Part shown: piece by piece, positions 43,120 through 52,363 of the stretch
Layout of the letters: each line of letters opens with the position of its first letter
Position numbering within the stretch: the stretch's first letter is position 1
Source: an uncultured Spirochaetota bacterium
GTDB lineage: Bacteria; Spirochaetota; Spirochaetia; SZUA-6; Fen-1364
Direction: 5' to 3'
Length of the DNA: 64,000 nucleotides
Assembly: GCA_963820525.1 (NCBI GenBank)
Contig: CAWGAA010000003.1
Coordinates: 288,001 to 352,000, forward strand
The notes under the pieces: generated by a model
Told to the model about the DNA's origin: nothing
What the model saw: only the letters and a program-made list of their open reading frames with translations
The model's database searches: none
Position numbers and translations under genes: made by a program

Positions 43120-44861
43120 CCCGCATTTCTCACAAATGGATATGAAAAAGCCTTTCGCTCTGGTATAATTGCTTTGCAACAAACAAAATAAACCAGAACA
43201 GAAAGGCTATACGATGCAAACAGACTGTACACCATCCCTGTTTAGCTTTCAAGACCTTGGCAAGAAAAAGGTAGTCGGAAACTTCGACGGAGGCGCGATC
43301 AGTTCCGATGCCGGCGCTCTCATTCTTCGAGAGGTCGAACGCGCCACAGGCATCATCAAAGCATTCGCGGGCTGTTTCACAGACTATCGAGAGAAAGGCT
43401 ATATCGAGCATTCCATCGAGCAATTGATAAGCCAAAGGGTATTCGGCATTTGCCTGGGATACGAAGACCTCAACGATCACGACCAGCTGCGCAAAGATCC
43501 CGTTCTGGCTGCCGTTTGCGGGAAACTCGATGTCAACGGGGAAACGAGGAGGCAGAAACGGGACAGAGGCAAAGCCCTTGCCGGAAAAAGCACGCTGAAT
43601 CGGCTTGAGACCGCCGGCGGGGCAAGCCTCTCTACGCATCGATACAAGAAAATCACGGTGAACGAAACAATGGTTGGGATGTTCCTGGTGAACACATTCC
43701 TGGCCAGTTATGAGCAAGCTCCTGAAGAAATCGTGTTGGATCTGGATGCAACCGACGACCCTCTGCACGGCAATCAAGAGGGCAGGTTCTTTCATGGCTA
43801 TTATGATTGTTATTGCTACCTGCCGTTGTACATCTTCTGCGGGGATCATCTTTTATGTGCGAAGCTACGTCCCTCCAATATAGACGCATGTTCGGGTGCC
43901 GAGAAGGAGTTGGCGAGGATCGTTGCGCAGATCCGTGAGCGATGGCCGCAGGTACGTATTGTTGTGCGGGCCGACAGCGGGTTCTGCCGGGAAGCGATCA
44001 TGGTGTGGTGCGAGTCCAACGACGTGGATTTCCTGTTCGGAATCGCGAAAAACGCACGCCTCTTACGCAAGATCCGCAAGGAGCTTTCAGAAGCCCGTAG
44101 GCAGTATCTGTCCACTGGTGAGCCGTCGCGAAAGTACGCGGAGCTGATCTATCGGACGAAAAAGACATGGTCGAAAAGCAGACGTGTTGTCGCCAAGGCG
44201 GAGTATCTGCGCAAGGGAGAGAACCCTCGGTTTGTGGTGACTTCACTTATGCAGGACCGCTTCCCTGGCCAGCAGCTGTACGAGCAGCTCTATTGTGCTC
44301 GCGGAGACATGGAGAATCGTATCAAAGAACAGCAGCTTTACCTTTTTGCAGATCGAACCAGTTCCGCCACGATGAGGGCGAATCAGCTTCGGTTGTGGTT
44401 CTCCTCTGCGGCCTACGTAATCATGAGTGCCCTCAGAAGGACCGCTTTGAAGGGGACAGAGCTGGCCTCGGCACAGTGCGACACGATTCGTTTGAAGCTA
44501 TTGAAGATTGGCGCACAGGTGCGCGTCAGTGTGCGCCGGATCTATGTGAGCTTCGCAAGCGGTTATCCATATCAAGAGCTTTTCCGTCAGGTGATTCTGA
44601 GTATTCACGAACTCTCCCTTCAATCGGGTTAGCGTGTATTGAGCCTTGTCTTGAGTAGTTTATTGGGAGAAGACTGTCCTGAAGTCGCCGAATCTTCCCT
44701 TATGAGCTGTAAAGTGCGCTCAATCGGGCGATTGGACTGACTCGGGTCACGAAATCGATCTACGTGTAGGGGCTGACAGCAAGGAATAGACCGTTTTTCA
44801 AAGTTGAGCCCCGCCTCATGATGATCAGACTGCGCAGAGTGCCGTTTGTGAGAAATGCGGG
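43120..44861 (+). mobile_element. IS1380-family element
   Basis: Perfect 17-bp TIR cccgcatttctcacaaa / tttgtgagaaatgcggg; 4-bp TSD TTAG (43116-43119, 44862-44865). Confidence 0.93.
43169..44632 (+). CDS. IS1380 transposase
   Basis: FDGGAISSDAG, GYEDLNDH, LDLDATDDPLHG, RADSGF, YCARGDMENRIKE. Confidence 0.93.
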   Translation: MLCNKQNKPEQKGYTMQTDCTPSLFSFQDLGKKKVVGNFDGGAISSDAGALILREVERATGIIKAFAGCFTDYREKGYIEHSIEQLISQRVFGICLGYEDLNDHDQLRKDPVLAAVCGKLDVNGETRRQKRDRGKALAGKSTLNRLETAGGASLSTHRYKKITVNETMVGMFLVNTFLASYEQAPEEIVLDLDATDDPLHGNQEGRFFHGYYDCYCYLPLYIFCGDHLLCAKLRPSNIDACSGAEKELARIVAQIRERWPQVRIVVRADSGFCREAIMVWCESNDVDFLFGIAKNARLLRKIRKELSEARRQYLSTGEPSRKYAELIYRTKKTWSKSRRVVAKAEYLRKGENPRFVVTSLMQDRFPGQQLYEQLYCARGDMENRIKEQQLYLFADRTSSATMRANQLRLWFSSAAYVIMSALRRTALKGTELASAQCDTIRLKLLKIGAQVRVSVRRIYVSFASGYPYQELFRQVILSIHELSLQSG

Positions 44862-45583
44862 TTAGAGCCTATAAGTTTTTTATCTACCACAACTACCGAC
44901 GCACAAGGTCCATCGCCCGGATCCTCACGCGGATTTATTCCTACGATCAGCTGCTGAGCAGCGAGGTGCAGCTGGTGTTGGCAGGGGAAGCGCAGATGGT
45001 CGCCCATATCCTGCAGGTTCTCAACGAGCGGCTGAAGCAGCTGGAGGCACGCATGAAGGAGATCATGCTCACACATCCGTTGGGACCCGTATTCGATTCC
45101 ATTCCCGGAGCGGGTAAGGTACTGGCGGGAAAGCTCATGGCACTTTTTGGGGATGACAAAGATCGGTTTGTCAAGGCAGGGGAGATCCAGGCGTTGTTCG
45201 GCACCGCACCGGTGAACTTCCAGACCGGCAATTACCACAAGGTGCATATGCGCAGAGGATGCAATCGAGAAGCGCGGGCCACGTTGTATTATTTCTCTTT
45301 CTGTTCGATGCGCTACTGCAGCTGGGCGCGAGCCTACTATGACCGACAAAGAGCGCATGGGAAAACACATGCGGTATCTGTTCGGGCACTTTCAAACAAG
45401 TGGATCAAGATCCTGTTCCAGTTGTGGAAACACGAACTGGAGTTCCCCCGATTTCGTGGACACCCTGAATTGCACCTGCGTCTCGGTTTCGGGGGGGGTA
45501 TCCAAACACCACCTGCCTTCCGAAAACGCAACCACGGCCCTCTACGCGCAAGGCTTTTTCCTCACTCTGGCTTGGATCGTCAA

Positions 45584-46453
45584 TCATGCCGTCTTCCGCT
45601 CCTCGAGCTCCTCATATTCGGTCGGTGTGAGGTAGCCGAGGTACGAGTGAAGCCGCTTGCGATTATAGAAGATCTCCACGTATTCGAATATTGCTCTCCT
45701 GGCCTCCTCTCTGCTTCGGTAGATCTTGTCCCGAATCAACTCTGCTCTCAAGGTCTTGAAAAACGTCTCCGCGCACGCGTTGTCCCAACAGTCGCCCTTA
45801 CGGCTCATGCTTTGAATGAATCCGTGCCCTTTGGCAAACTTTTCAAACTGACCGCTGGTATACTGCACACCGCGATCGGAATGAAACATCAGTCCCCGCG
45901 ACGGGCGGCGACGAATCGCGGCCATGACTACCGCCGCCAGCACCAGCTCGGCGCTCAGCTCGCAGCTCAGCGACCAGCCCACCACTCGACGGGAGTACAG
46001 GTCCAGCACGATACAGAGATACATCCACCCTTCGGCTGTCGCAACGTAGGTTATGTCGGACACCCACACGCGATTCGCCGCGGAGGCTTCGAAGTTCCTG
46101 TTCACTATGTTTTCGGCCACTTCCTGGCCGTCTTTCGAGTGCGTGGTCACTACAAACCGCCTCTTCGGCTGCGGCCCAAGGGCATTCTCTCTCATGATTC
46201 GGGCAACTCGGTTCTTCCCCACATGCCGCCCACGCCTCAGCAGTTCTTCCCGCATGCGCGGGCTTCCGTAGCTGTGACGCACCTCGCCCTGGATCTTCCG
46301 GATCTGCTCGACCAGCTCCTTCTCCTCAACTGCTCGTGCACTCTCTCCACCGTCGAGCCAGGCATAGTACCCACTGCGCGCTACTCCCAATACTTCCGCC
46401 ATCTTCTCCACGCCGTGGGTTCCCCGCTGTTTACTCATGATCTGGTACTTCAT
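45584..46453 (-). CDS. IS3 transposase OrfB (DDE integrase core)
   Basis: WVSDITY, HSDRGVQY, GDCWDNACAETFF, YNRKRLHS. Confidence 0.93.
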   Translation of the reverse strand: MKYQIMSKQRGTHGVEKMAEVLGVARSGYYAWLDGGESARAVEEKELVEQIRKIQGEVRHSYGSPRMREELLRRGRHVGKNRVARIMRENALGPQPKRRFVVTTHSKDGQEVAENIVNRNFEASAANRVWVSDITYVATAEGWMYLCIVLDLYSRRVVGWSLSCELSAELVLAAVVMAAIRRRPSRGLMFHSDRGVQYTSGQFEKFAKGHGFIQSMSRKGDCWDNACAETFFKTLRAELIRDKIYRSREEARRAIFEYVEIFYNRKRLHSYLGYLTPTEYEELEERKTA

Positions 46454-46740
46454 CTCGGGGGTCTGGAGAAGATGGCTGTTGCTTTTCTTAGGATGTCCCG
46501 TTCCTCACGCAACTCCTTGACCTCTTTGCGCAAGGCCGCCAATTCCTCGTCACGGGACCTGCCGTTGCCTGGGAAAGCTCGTGTCCCGTCCTCACTGAAT
46601 TGCTTCCTCCAGCGGTAGATCTGTCCGCTGCCGATTCCCAGATCCCGTTCAATCTCATGTCCCGGCTTTGTCCCTGACTCCAGGAGCCGGATAGCATCGA
46701 GCTTGAACTCTTTGGTGTATTTCTTCCTCGTATCTGCCAT
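46450..46740 (-). CDS. IS3 transposase OrfA (HTH)
   Basis: RKKYTKEFKLDAIRL...QIYRWRKQ...LREERDILRKATAIF. Confidence 0.92.
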   Translation of the reverse strand: MADTRKKYTKEFKLDAIRLLESGTKPGHEIERDLGIGSGQIYRWRKQFSEDGTRAFPGNGRSRDEELAALRKEVKELREERDILRKATAIFSRPPR

Positions 46741-48170
46741 TATCTTTCCTTACCCCTCTAAAATACTGCTTAACCATGTGTCTATGAAATCGGGGTAGGT
46801 CCAAACAGCCCTACGATGAAAAGAGGTGCAATGCCGAAATCTCAATGAACGTTGCTTGACATAGTGGGCGTGCTCCCAGAAGCGCACCCTCCTGTTCGCC
46901 GAATACCTCGACCAGCAGCTCCTGCTCACCCTTCCCCATCGACAATTCGTGTTCTCTATCCCAAAGGCGCTCCGCGTTTTCTTCCGCCATGACCAGCGTC
47001 TGTTCTCCGATGTCTCATCTCTCATCTTTGCCCTGATCTCGGAGTTCTACCGGGCATCGGCAAGATCAACCATAAGGAGCGCGGCGGTCGTGGCTTTTCA
47101 ACCCTTCGGGGACATGCTGCGAGCCAACTCCCATTGGCATGCCCTGATTCTGGAAGGAGGGTTCGCCCCTGAGGGGCAGTTCGTATTCCTCCCAATCCAT
47201 AATACACAGAAACTCACCGAGTGCTTCCGCCGACGGGCCATCGCGATGTTCCTCGACAAGGGTCTCATCGCCGAAAGCTTCGCAGAAATGCTTTTACGCT
47301 GGAAACACTCCGGCTTCAGTGTGGACAACACTGTTCGGATTGCAGGCGACGATCACAAAGCACGAGTTTCGCTGGCGCAGTATATCGCCCGTGCCCCTCT
47401 GTCCCTGGAGAAGCTGCGCTATGATCCCCTCGGCGAGAAGGCCGTCTACCACTCCACCTTTAACCCCTACCTCGGAGAGAACTTAAAGGTCTGGGATGCG
47501 CTGGACTTTCTCGCCCTTGCAACCTCTTTCATTCCGCCCCATGGCGTGCGTCTCATCCGCTACTTCGGATTGTATTCCTCGCGCAGTCGCTGGAAATGGC
47601 CCCTCTGGAAACACGTGGCAGCTCATGCTCCACGGGGATGGAAGAAGATTCACGAACGAGACAGCGCGGAGCCAGAACCCAAGGCGCCCACTTGCACCCT
47701 CCGTGAATCTGCCTCACGTTCCGCATGGGCGCGACTGATAGCCAAAGTATACGAGGTCGATCCTCTGGTCTGTGCTTGGTGCGGATCGCAGATGCGGGTA
47801 CTCGCCGTGATCACCCATGCGGCGGAGGTGAAGAAGATCCTGCGCCATTTGATTAAGATTGGCCGCCCTCCGCCCGGCCTGGACCCCTCGGCGTTGAACT
47901 GATTCTTCGCAGCCCAACTCACATCGTCGGCCCTAGTACAAGGAGAGGGAGATCCTTGATCTCGGTCTTCAGTACGAGGCCGATTCGCTACTATCGAGAG
48001 TGTCTTTCACCTCGGGTGCCGCTGGATTTCCTGGGCGGGCTCGCGCTTTGCGCAGCCTACTTCGACTGCCGAATGTATTGCGTGCACCACAAGGGCATCG
48101 CAACCAGCAGGAATTCGACTTACTGGATCTAATGGGGAAAATGGAAAAACGTCGTTTTGCCTATCATCTA

Positions 48171-48425
48171 GAGGTAGGGCCCTTAAGACCTCTCGATGAC
48201 CAGGGGAAAGGGGTAGTTGAACGCGAGATTATGCTGCGCTCCCCCGGGGATGTACTTCTTTGCCTCCTCGGTCTTCTGTCGGGATACGGGACATGTCTCG
48301 TTGAAGTACCTGAGATAGCACTCCATTGCGTCTTTCTTGATCCTCATTGGGGGGAGAGACATGAGCCTGTCGAGCTTTCTATAGATCTCTCGAGCATCCG
48401 GGTATTGAGAAATTCCGTAAGCCAT
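48171..48425 (-). pseudogene. N-terminal remnant of a class-III aminotransferase (GSA-aminomutase-like)
   Basis: ...AKKYIPGGAQHNLAFNYPFPLVIERS*GPYL, then cut by the IS91-like end at 48170. Confidence 0.7.
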
Positions 48426-48626
48426 TAGCCTATCCTCCGTTCCGGCGAGGAAAGAGAGTGAGTAATCACTCACACAAGAGCGCAGCAGAACCCGGAGGAA
48501 GAATCAAGACCCCCCAACGCAGGATTTCCTCGATCGAGGGCAGCGCTTTCTGGTTGCTTAATATCAAATTATCCTTTTTTCACCTTCGAGTCTTATCGAA
48601 TCTTAGCAATTATATAGAAAATGCTA

Positions 48627-48655
48627 TTGACTTTTACTGATTCATAGTCTAATAT
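48627..48655 (+). promoter_or_regulatory. sigma70-type promoter of the sugar operon
   Basis: TTGACT-N17-TAATAT in an AT-rich intergenic region. Confidence 0.65.
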
Positions 48656-48744
48656 CGCGAATTTATGAGGATTCGATAAGAAAAAGTAAGCTCCGGAGAT
48701 CAGTACGCAGGTGCTGATAAAAAACCTATGAAGGAGGTAGAGAG

Positions 48745-49938
48745 ATGAAAAAGAGGATCTGGCTCGCATGCGCCGGCATTCTGCTGGTTTTCACATTCGT
48801 TCCTCTGGTATTTGCCGGAGGAAAGGTTGAGCCGGCACCGGTGACAGCCGAAAAGCGCTGGCAAAAGCCCATCGTGATAGGCTGGACGCCACCGGACATT
48901 ACCGGCGTCTTCAAGACTGCTACCGATTTCTTTGAAGCTTCCGCCAAGAATGGAAACGACCATGGTTTTAAGATCATGGTCATTTCGCAGTCCCCGGCAA
49001 CTCATATCGCCTTTGCCGACCAGGTAGCGATCATAGAAGACTACATCCAGCGGGGCGTCGATGTCATCGCAATTTCACCGATAGAGGTTGAGGTAGTCAA
49101 GCCGGCGATAGCCAAAGCCAATGCCAAGGGCATTCCCGTGATAATCGTCAATCTGCTGGAGCCCATCGCGGGAGTGAATGTTGCTTCGTACATAGGGTTT
49201 GACAATACCGTGGGAGGAGAAGTAAGCGCCTACGCGATGCTCGATTATTTTGGGGGCCCAGGCGTTTTGGGCGCCGGGAGGAAAGTGGATGCAGCCCGCG
49301 ATCAGTACCTGGATCTCGCCTTCTGGGAAAAGCTCTACAAAGACCTTTCCCCGGCGGAAAAGGCTGCCATCAAAGCCAGGGGGGCCATCATTGAGGGGGT
49401 TGCCGGTGGATTCTTCTCTACGGCGCGTCTGAACGGCTTCCATAAAGTGATTGACCAGTTCCCGGGAATCAAAATTGTAGGGGTTCCCTGTGCTGCGGAT
49501 TGGAACCGTGAGAAGGGCATCAAATGCACCGAAGACATACTTCAGGCCAATCCCACCGGTCTCGACTTCATCTGGGCCGCCTCTAATGAGATGGGCTTGG
49601 GAGCCATGTTGGCCAGTGAAGCGGCTGGGCGGCTGGAACTTGCCACGGAAGGTCCAGTTGTCGGGGATACGAAAGTGGCAGTATTCACCAACGATGTGAC
49701 GCCGGAGTCCGTGGCCCGCATTGGCGAGGGCAAGATCGTCGCCGAGACCACCCATGGTTTTGCCGATTGGGGTTGGTTCGGCACGGAGTTCGCCGTCCGG
49801 CTCGCCTGCGGGTTGGACGTCCCGAAGACATTCGATATCCGCCCGCGCACCGCGTACAAGACCAACGCGACGCTGTTCTATCCCAGTCCCGTTTTGCCCG
49901 CCATCGATTGGGACGGTATAAAGCAGAAGAGCAAATAG
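48745..49938 (+). CDS. Sugar ABC transporter substrate-binding protein (RbsB-like)
   Basis: Signal peptide; IEDYIQRGVDVIAISP, ADWNREKG, IWAASNEMGLGA. Confidence 0.9.
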   Translation: MKKRIWLACAGILLVFTFVPLVFAGGKVEPAPVTAEKRWQKPIVIGWTPPDITGVFKTATDFFEASAKNGNDHGFKIMVISQSPATHIAFADQVAIIEDYIQRGVDVIAISPIEVEVVKPAIAKANAKGIPVIIVNLLEPIAGVNVASYIGFDNTVGGEVSAYAMLDYFGGPGVLGAGRKVDAARDQYLDLAFWEKLYKDLSPAEKAAIKARGAIIEGVAGGFFSTARLNGFHKVIDQFPGIKIVGVPCAADWNREKGIKCTEDILQANPTGLDFIWAASNEMGLGAMLASEAAGRLELATEGPVVGDTKVAVFTNDVTPESVARIGEGKIVAETTHGFADWGWFGTEFAVRLACGLDVPKTFDIRPRTAYKTNATLFYPSPVLPAIDWDGIKQKSK

Positions 49939-49963
49939 CGTTCGTTGAACGCGCCTGTGGTGA

Positions 49964-49990
49964 GCTTGGGAGTCCCTGCGGCTCCCAAGC
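49964..49990 (+). terminator. Stem-loop after the SBP gene (partial terminator or mRNA stabiliser)
   Basis: gcttgggag…ctcccaagc inverted repeat followed by ctttcc. Confidence 0.5.
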
Positions 49991-50067
49991 CTTTCCATCC
50001 ATGGTTTTCTTGGGATGATGCTCTCTTTTCTGTTACGATGGAAGATTGAGGCATGAAGGGGACAGCC

Positions 50068-50829
50068 ATGAGGTTCAAGGGGAAGGTGGCCATCATAACG
50101 GGTGCTGCGTCGGGAATCGGACGGGCGACCGCGCTGGGTTTCGCCCGGGAGGGCGCCGCGGTGGGCATTGTCGACAAGGATAGCGCCGCGGGAGAGCAGG
50201 TCGCAAAGGAAATACGACAGCAGGACGGCGACGCCGAAGCGTACGGGACGGACGTTTCCCGGGAGCCGGAGGTGAAGGCTTTCATCGAGGCGGTCCTGAC
50301 CCGCTGGGGACACCTGGACGTGCTCGTGAACAATGCCGGCATCTACTATCAGGCTGATGCAGTCGACACCCCGGAGGCGGCGTGGAGCCGCGTCATGGCG
50401 GTAAACCTGACGGGCCCCTTCCTCTGCATCAAGTATGCCGTACCGGCCATGGAGAGGGGAAAGGGGGGCGCGATCGTGAACGTGTCCTCCGAGGCCGGGC
50501 TCGTGGGGATCAGAAACCAGGTGGCCTACAACGTGTCCAAAGGCGGTTTGATCTCTTTGACCAGGAGCTGCGCCGTGGACCTCGCTCCCCGAGGGATACG
50601 CGTGAATTGCGTCTGTCCGGGCACTACCGACACGCCCCTCGTGCAGGCGGCTGTCGGCAGGGCGCGGGATCCCCAAGCGGCCCGCCGCGCTCTGGAAGAG
50701 GTCCGCCCCGCGAACCGCCTGGGTACACCGGAAGAAATCGCCTCGGCAATACTCTACCTGGCCGGCGAGAGCGCCGGGTACGCCACGGGTGCCGTCTTGA
50801 GCGTGGACGGCGGCTACACCGCGCAATAG
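50068..50829 (+). CDS. Short-chain dehydrogenase/reductase
   Basis: TGAASGIG, NNAG, YNVSK, VDGGY. Confidence 0.93.
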   Translation: MRFKGKVAIITGAASGIGRATALGFAREGAAVGIVDKDSAAGEQVAKEIRQQDGDAEAYGTDVSREPEVKAFIEAVLTRWGHLDVLVNNAGIYYQADAVDTPEAAWSRVMAVNLTGPFLCIKYAVPAMERGKGGAIVNVSSEAGLVGIRNQVAYNVSKGGLISLTRSCAVDLAPRGIRVNCVCPGTTDTPLVQAAVGRARDPQAARRALEEVRPANRLGTPEEIASAILYLAGESAGYATGAVLSVDGGYTAQ

Positions 50830-50864
50830 CGGCCGCGTGGAACACGCCGGAAGGAAGAAGCGCG

Positions 50865-52349
50865 ATGGAAGCCAATCAGCCGATCCTGCGCATGGTACAG
50901 ATCGACAAGAAGTTCCCGGGAGTCCACGCCCTCGATCACGTCGATTTCGATCTGGAGGAGGGGGAGGTGCACGTCCTCCTGGGGGAGAACGGCGCAGGCA
51001 AGTCCACGCTCATGAAGGTGCTGAGCGGCTCGATCCAGAGCGACAGCGGGCAGATCTTCATCCGGGGAAAGGAGGTCCACAACCTCGACCCGGAGCGCGC
51101 CCTAGATCTGGGAATCGGCATGGTGTACCAGGACTTGAGTCTTGTGCCGGCCCTCAGCGTGGCGGAGAACATATTCCTCGGCAAGCCCCATCGTACCGGG
51201 CTCGGGGCCGTCGACTGGCGGCGGATCTACAGGGAGGCCGAGAAGAGCCTGTCGAATCTTGGGGTGAGCATTGATCCGAAGAAAGAAGTCCGCAGGCTTG
51301 ACGTGGCGGAGCAGCAGCTCACCGAAATCGCTCGGGTGCTGACGGCGCAACCGAAAATCGTGCTGCTCGACGAGCCGACCTCGGCTCTCTCCGACGCGGA
51401 ACGGGAGCGGCTCTTTGCCTGCATCCGGCGTCTGCGGGAGCGCGGCGTGGGCATCGTGTACATCTCCCACCGCCTGGCCGAGGTCCCCCTGATCGGCCAG
51501 CGCGTCACTGTCATGCGGGACGGCAGAGTCATCAGGAGCCTGCCCGTGGAGCAGACCGACGAGCCCACCCTTGTTGACATGATGGTGGGGCGCCGTCTCA
51601 CCGAGCAGTACCCCAAGGAAGCACAAGAGCCCGGAAAGTGCGTGCTTCGCGTCGAGGATCTTTCTTTGAAGGGGAGCCTGCGCACTATCTCCTTCGAAGT
51701 GCGCGCGGGGGAGATCCTGGGGATCTTCGGGTTAATGGGTGCCGGTCAACCGGAGCTGACCCGCGCCATTTTTGGATTGGACAGGATCAGTGCGGGGCGC
51801 ATCTGGATAGAGGAGCAGGAAGTGCACATCCACAGCGCGACAGATGCGATTCGCCACGGGATCGGTTTGTTGACGCGGGATAGACGGCAGAGCCTGGTGC
51901 CGGCCCTGCCGATACCCCCCAATGTCACGCTTGCGAACGTCAGCACGCGCGGGATGCACGAATCCCTCAGGCTCAGATCGGAAATGAGGACGGCCTCGGA
52001 ATATGTCAAGAGCCTGCGTATACAGCCCCCTCGTCTGGACCGGGCCGTGATGTTCCTTAGCGGAGGCAACCAGCAGAAAGTCGTCCTGGCACGGTGGTTG
52101 TGCTGCAAGGCGAAGATACTGATTTTCGACGAGCCGACGCGCGGTATCGATGTCGGAGCCAAGGCGGAAGTATTCACTCTCATGAACCAGCTGACGAAGA
52201 GCAAAGTGGCGATCGTGATGATCTCCTCCGAAATGCCCGAGATACTCGCGATGGCCGACAGGATTCTCGTCATGCGCGGGGGCCATTTCACTGCGGAGTT
52301 CAAGGCCGGCGAGGCCACGCAGGAAAAGCTTCTCAGATGCGCAAGCTGA
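50865..52349 (+). CDS. Sugar ABC transporter ATP-binding protein (RbsA-like)
   Basis: KKFPGVHAL, GENGAGKST, LSGGNQQKV, DEPTRGIDVGAK. Confidence 0.94.
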   Translation: MEANQPILRMVQIDKKFPGVHALDHVDFDLEEGEVHVLLGENGAGKSTLMKVLSGSIQSDSGQIFIRGKEVHNLDPERALDLGIGMVYQDLSLVPALSVAENIFLGKPHRTGLGAVDWRRIYREAEKSLSNLGVSIDPKKEVRRLDVAEQQLTEIARVLTAQPKIVLLDEPTSALSDAERERLFACIRRLRERGVGIVYISHRLAEVPLIGQRVTVMRDGRVIRSLPVEQTDEPTLVDMMVGRRLTEQYPKEAQEPGKCVLRVEDLSLKGSLRTISFEVRAGEILGIFGLMGAGQPELTRAIFGLDRISAGRIWIEEQEVHIHSATDAIRHGIGLLTRDRRQSLVPALPIPPNVTLANVSTRGMHESLRLRSEMRTASEYVKSLRIQPPRLDRAVMFLSGGNQQKVVLARWLCCKAKILIFDEPTRGIDVGAKAEVFTLMNQLTKSKVAIVMISSEMPEILAMADRILVMRGGHFTAEFKAGEATQEKLLRCAS

Positions 52350-52363
52350 TGAGGGAGGAGCCC

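Larger units (their letters stand above)
42228..44870 (+). mobile_element. IS5-family element (right TIR interrupted by IS1380)
   Basis: 14-bp TIR aggctctaacataa / ttatgttag|agcct; flanking direct repeat ATAAG at 42223-42227 and 44871-44875. Confidence 0.9.
45438..46803 (-). mobile_element. IS3-family element
   Basis: TG...CA ends, 26-bp imperfect TIRs (tggagttcccccgatttcgtggacac / tggacctaccccgatttcatagacac), 3-bp TSD AAC. Confidence 0.93.
41646..46859 (+). pseudogene. IS110 recombinase in three pieces (41646-42227, 44876-45437, 46807-46859; 398 aa rejoined)
   Basis: DEDD RuvC-like domain (GID, CCEG, KHDALDA); Tnp20 domain (SIPGAG...GTAPVNFQTG...GCNREAR...VRALSNK). The pieces join in frame after removing the TSDs. 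Confidence 0.9.
41458..46869 (+). mobile_element. IS110-family element (~1395 bp when nested elements are removed), no TIRs
   Basis: Removing it restores the IS91 tnp frame. It has a long non-coding left end and a short right end; the boundary is ambiguous by 1-2 bp. Confidence 0.9.
41156..47902 (+). pseudogene. IS91-family transposase split by the IS110 insertion (41156-41457 joined to 46870-47902 = 444 aa)
   Basis: Zn-binding N-domain ...FSCKGFYLCPS|CSQKR... rejoins in frame; HWH (HUH) motif, YIAR catalytic Tyr, C-terminal CxxC. Confidence 0.9.
40818..48170 (+). mobile_element. IS91/ISCR-like rolling-circle element, interrupted by nested IS110/IS5/IS1380/IS3
   Basis: Left 12-bp-stem hairpin 40858-40917 (terIS-like), HUH transposase, right end ...GTTTTGCCTATCATCTA (oriIS-like) ~260 bp after the tnp stop. 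Both ends recur at 61447-61722. The left boundary is approximate. Confidence 0.72.

Noticed and set aside
44855..46618. 587-aa ORF that looks like an extended IS110 protein
   Set aside because: Chimera of the IS110 middle fragment reading into the antisense strand of the inserted IS3.
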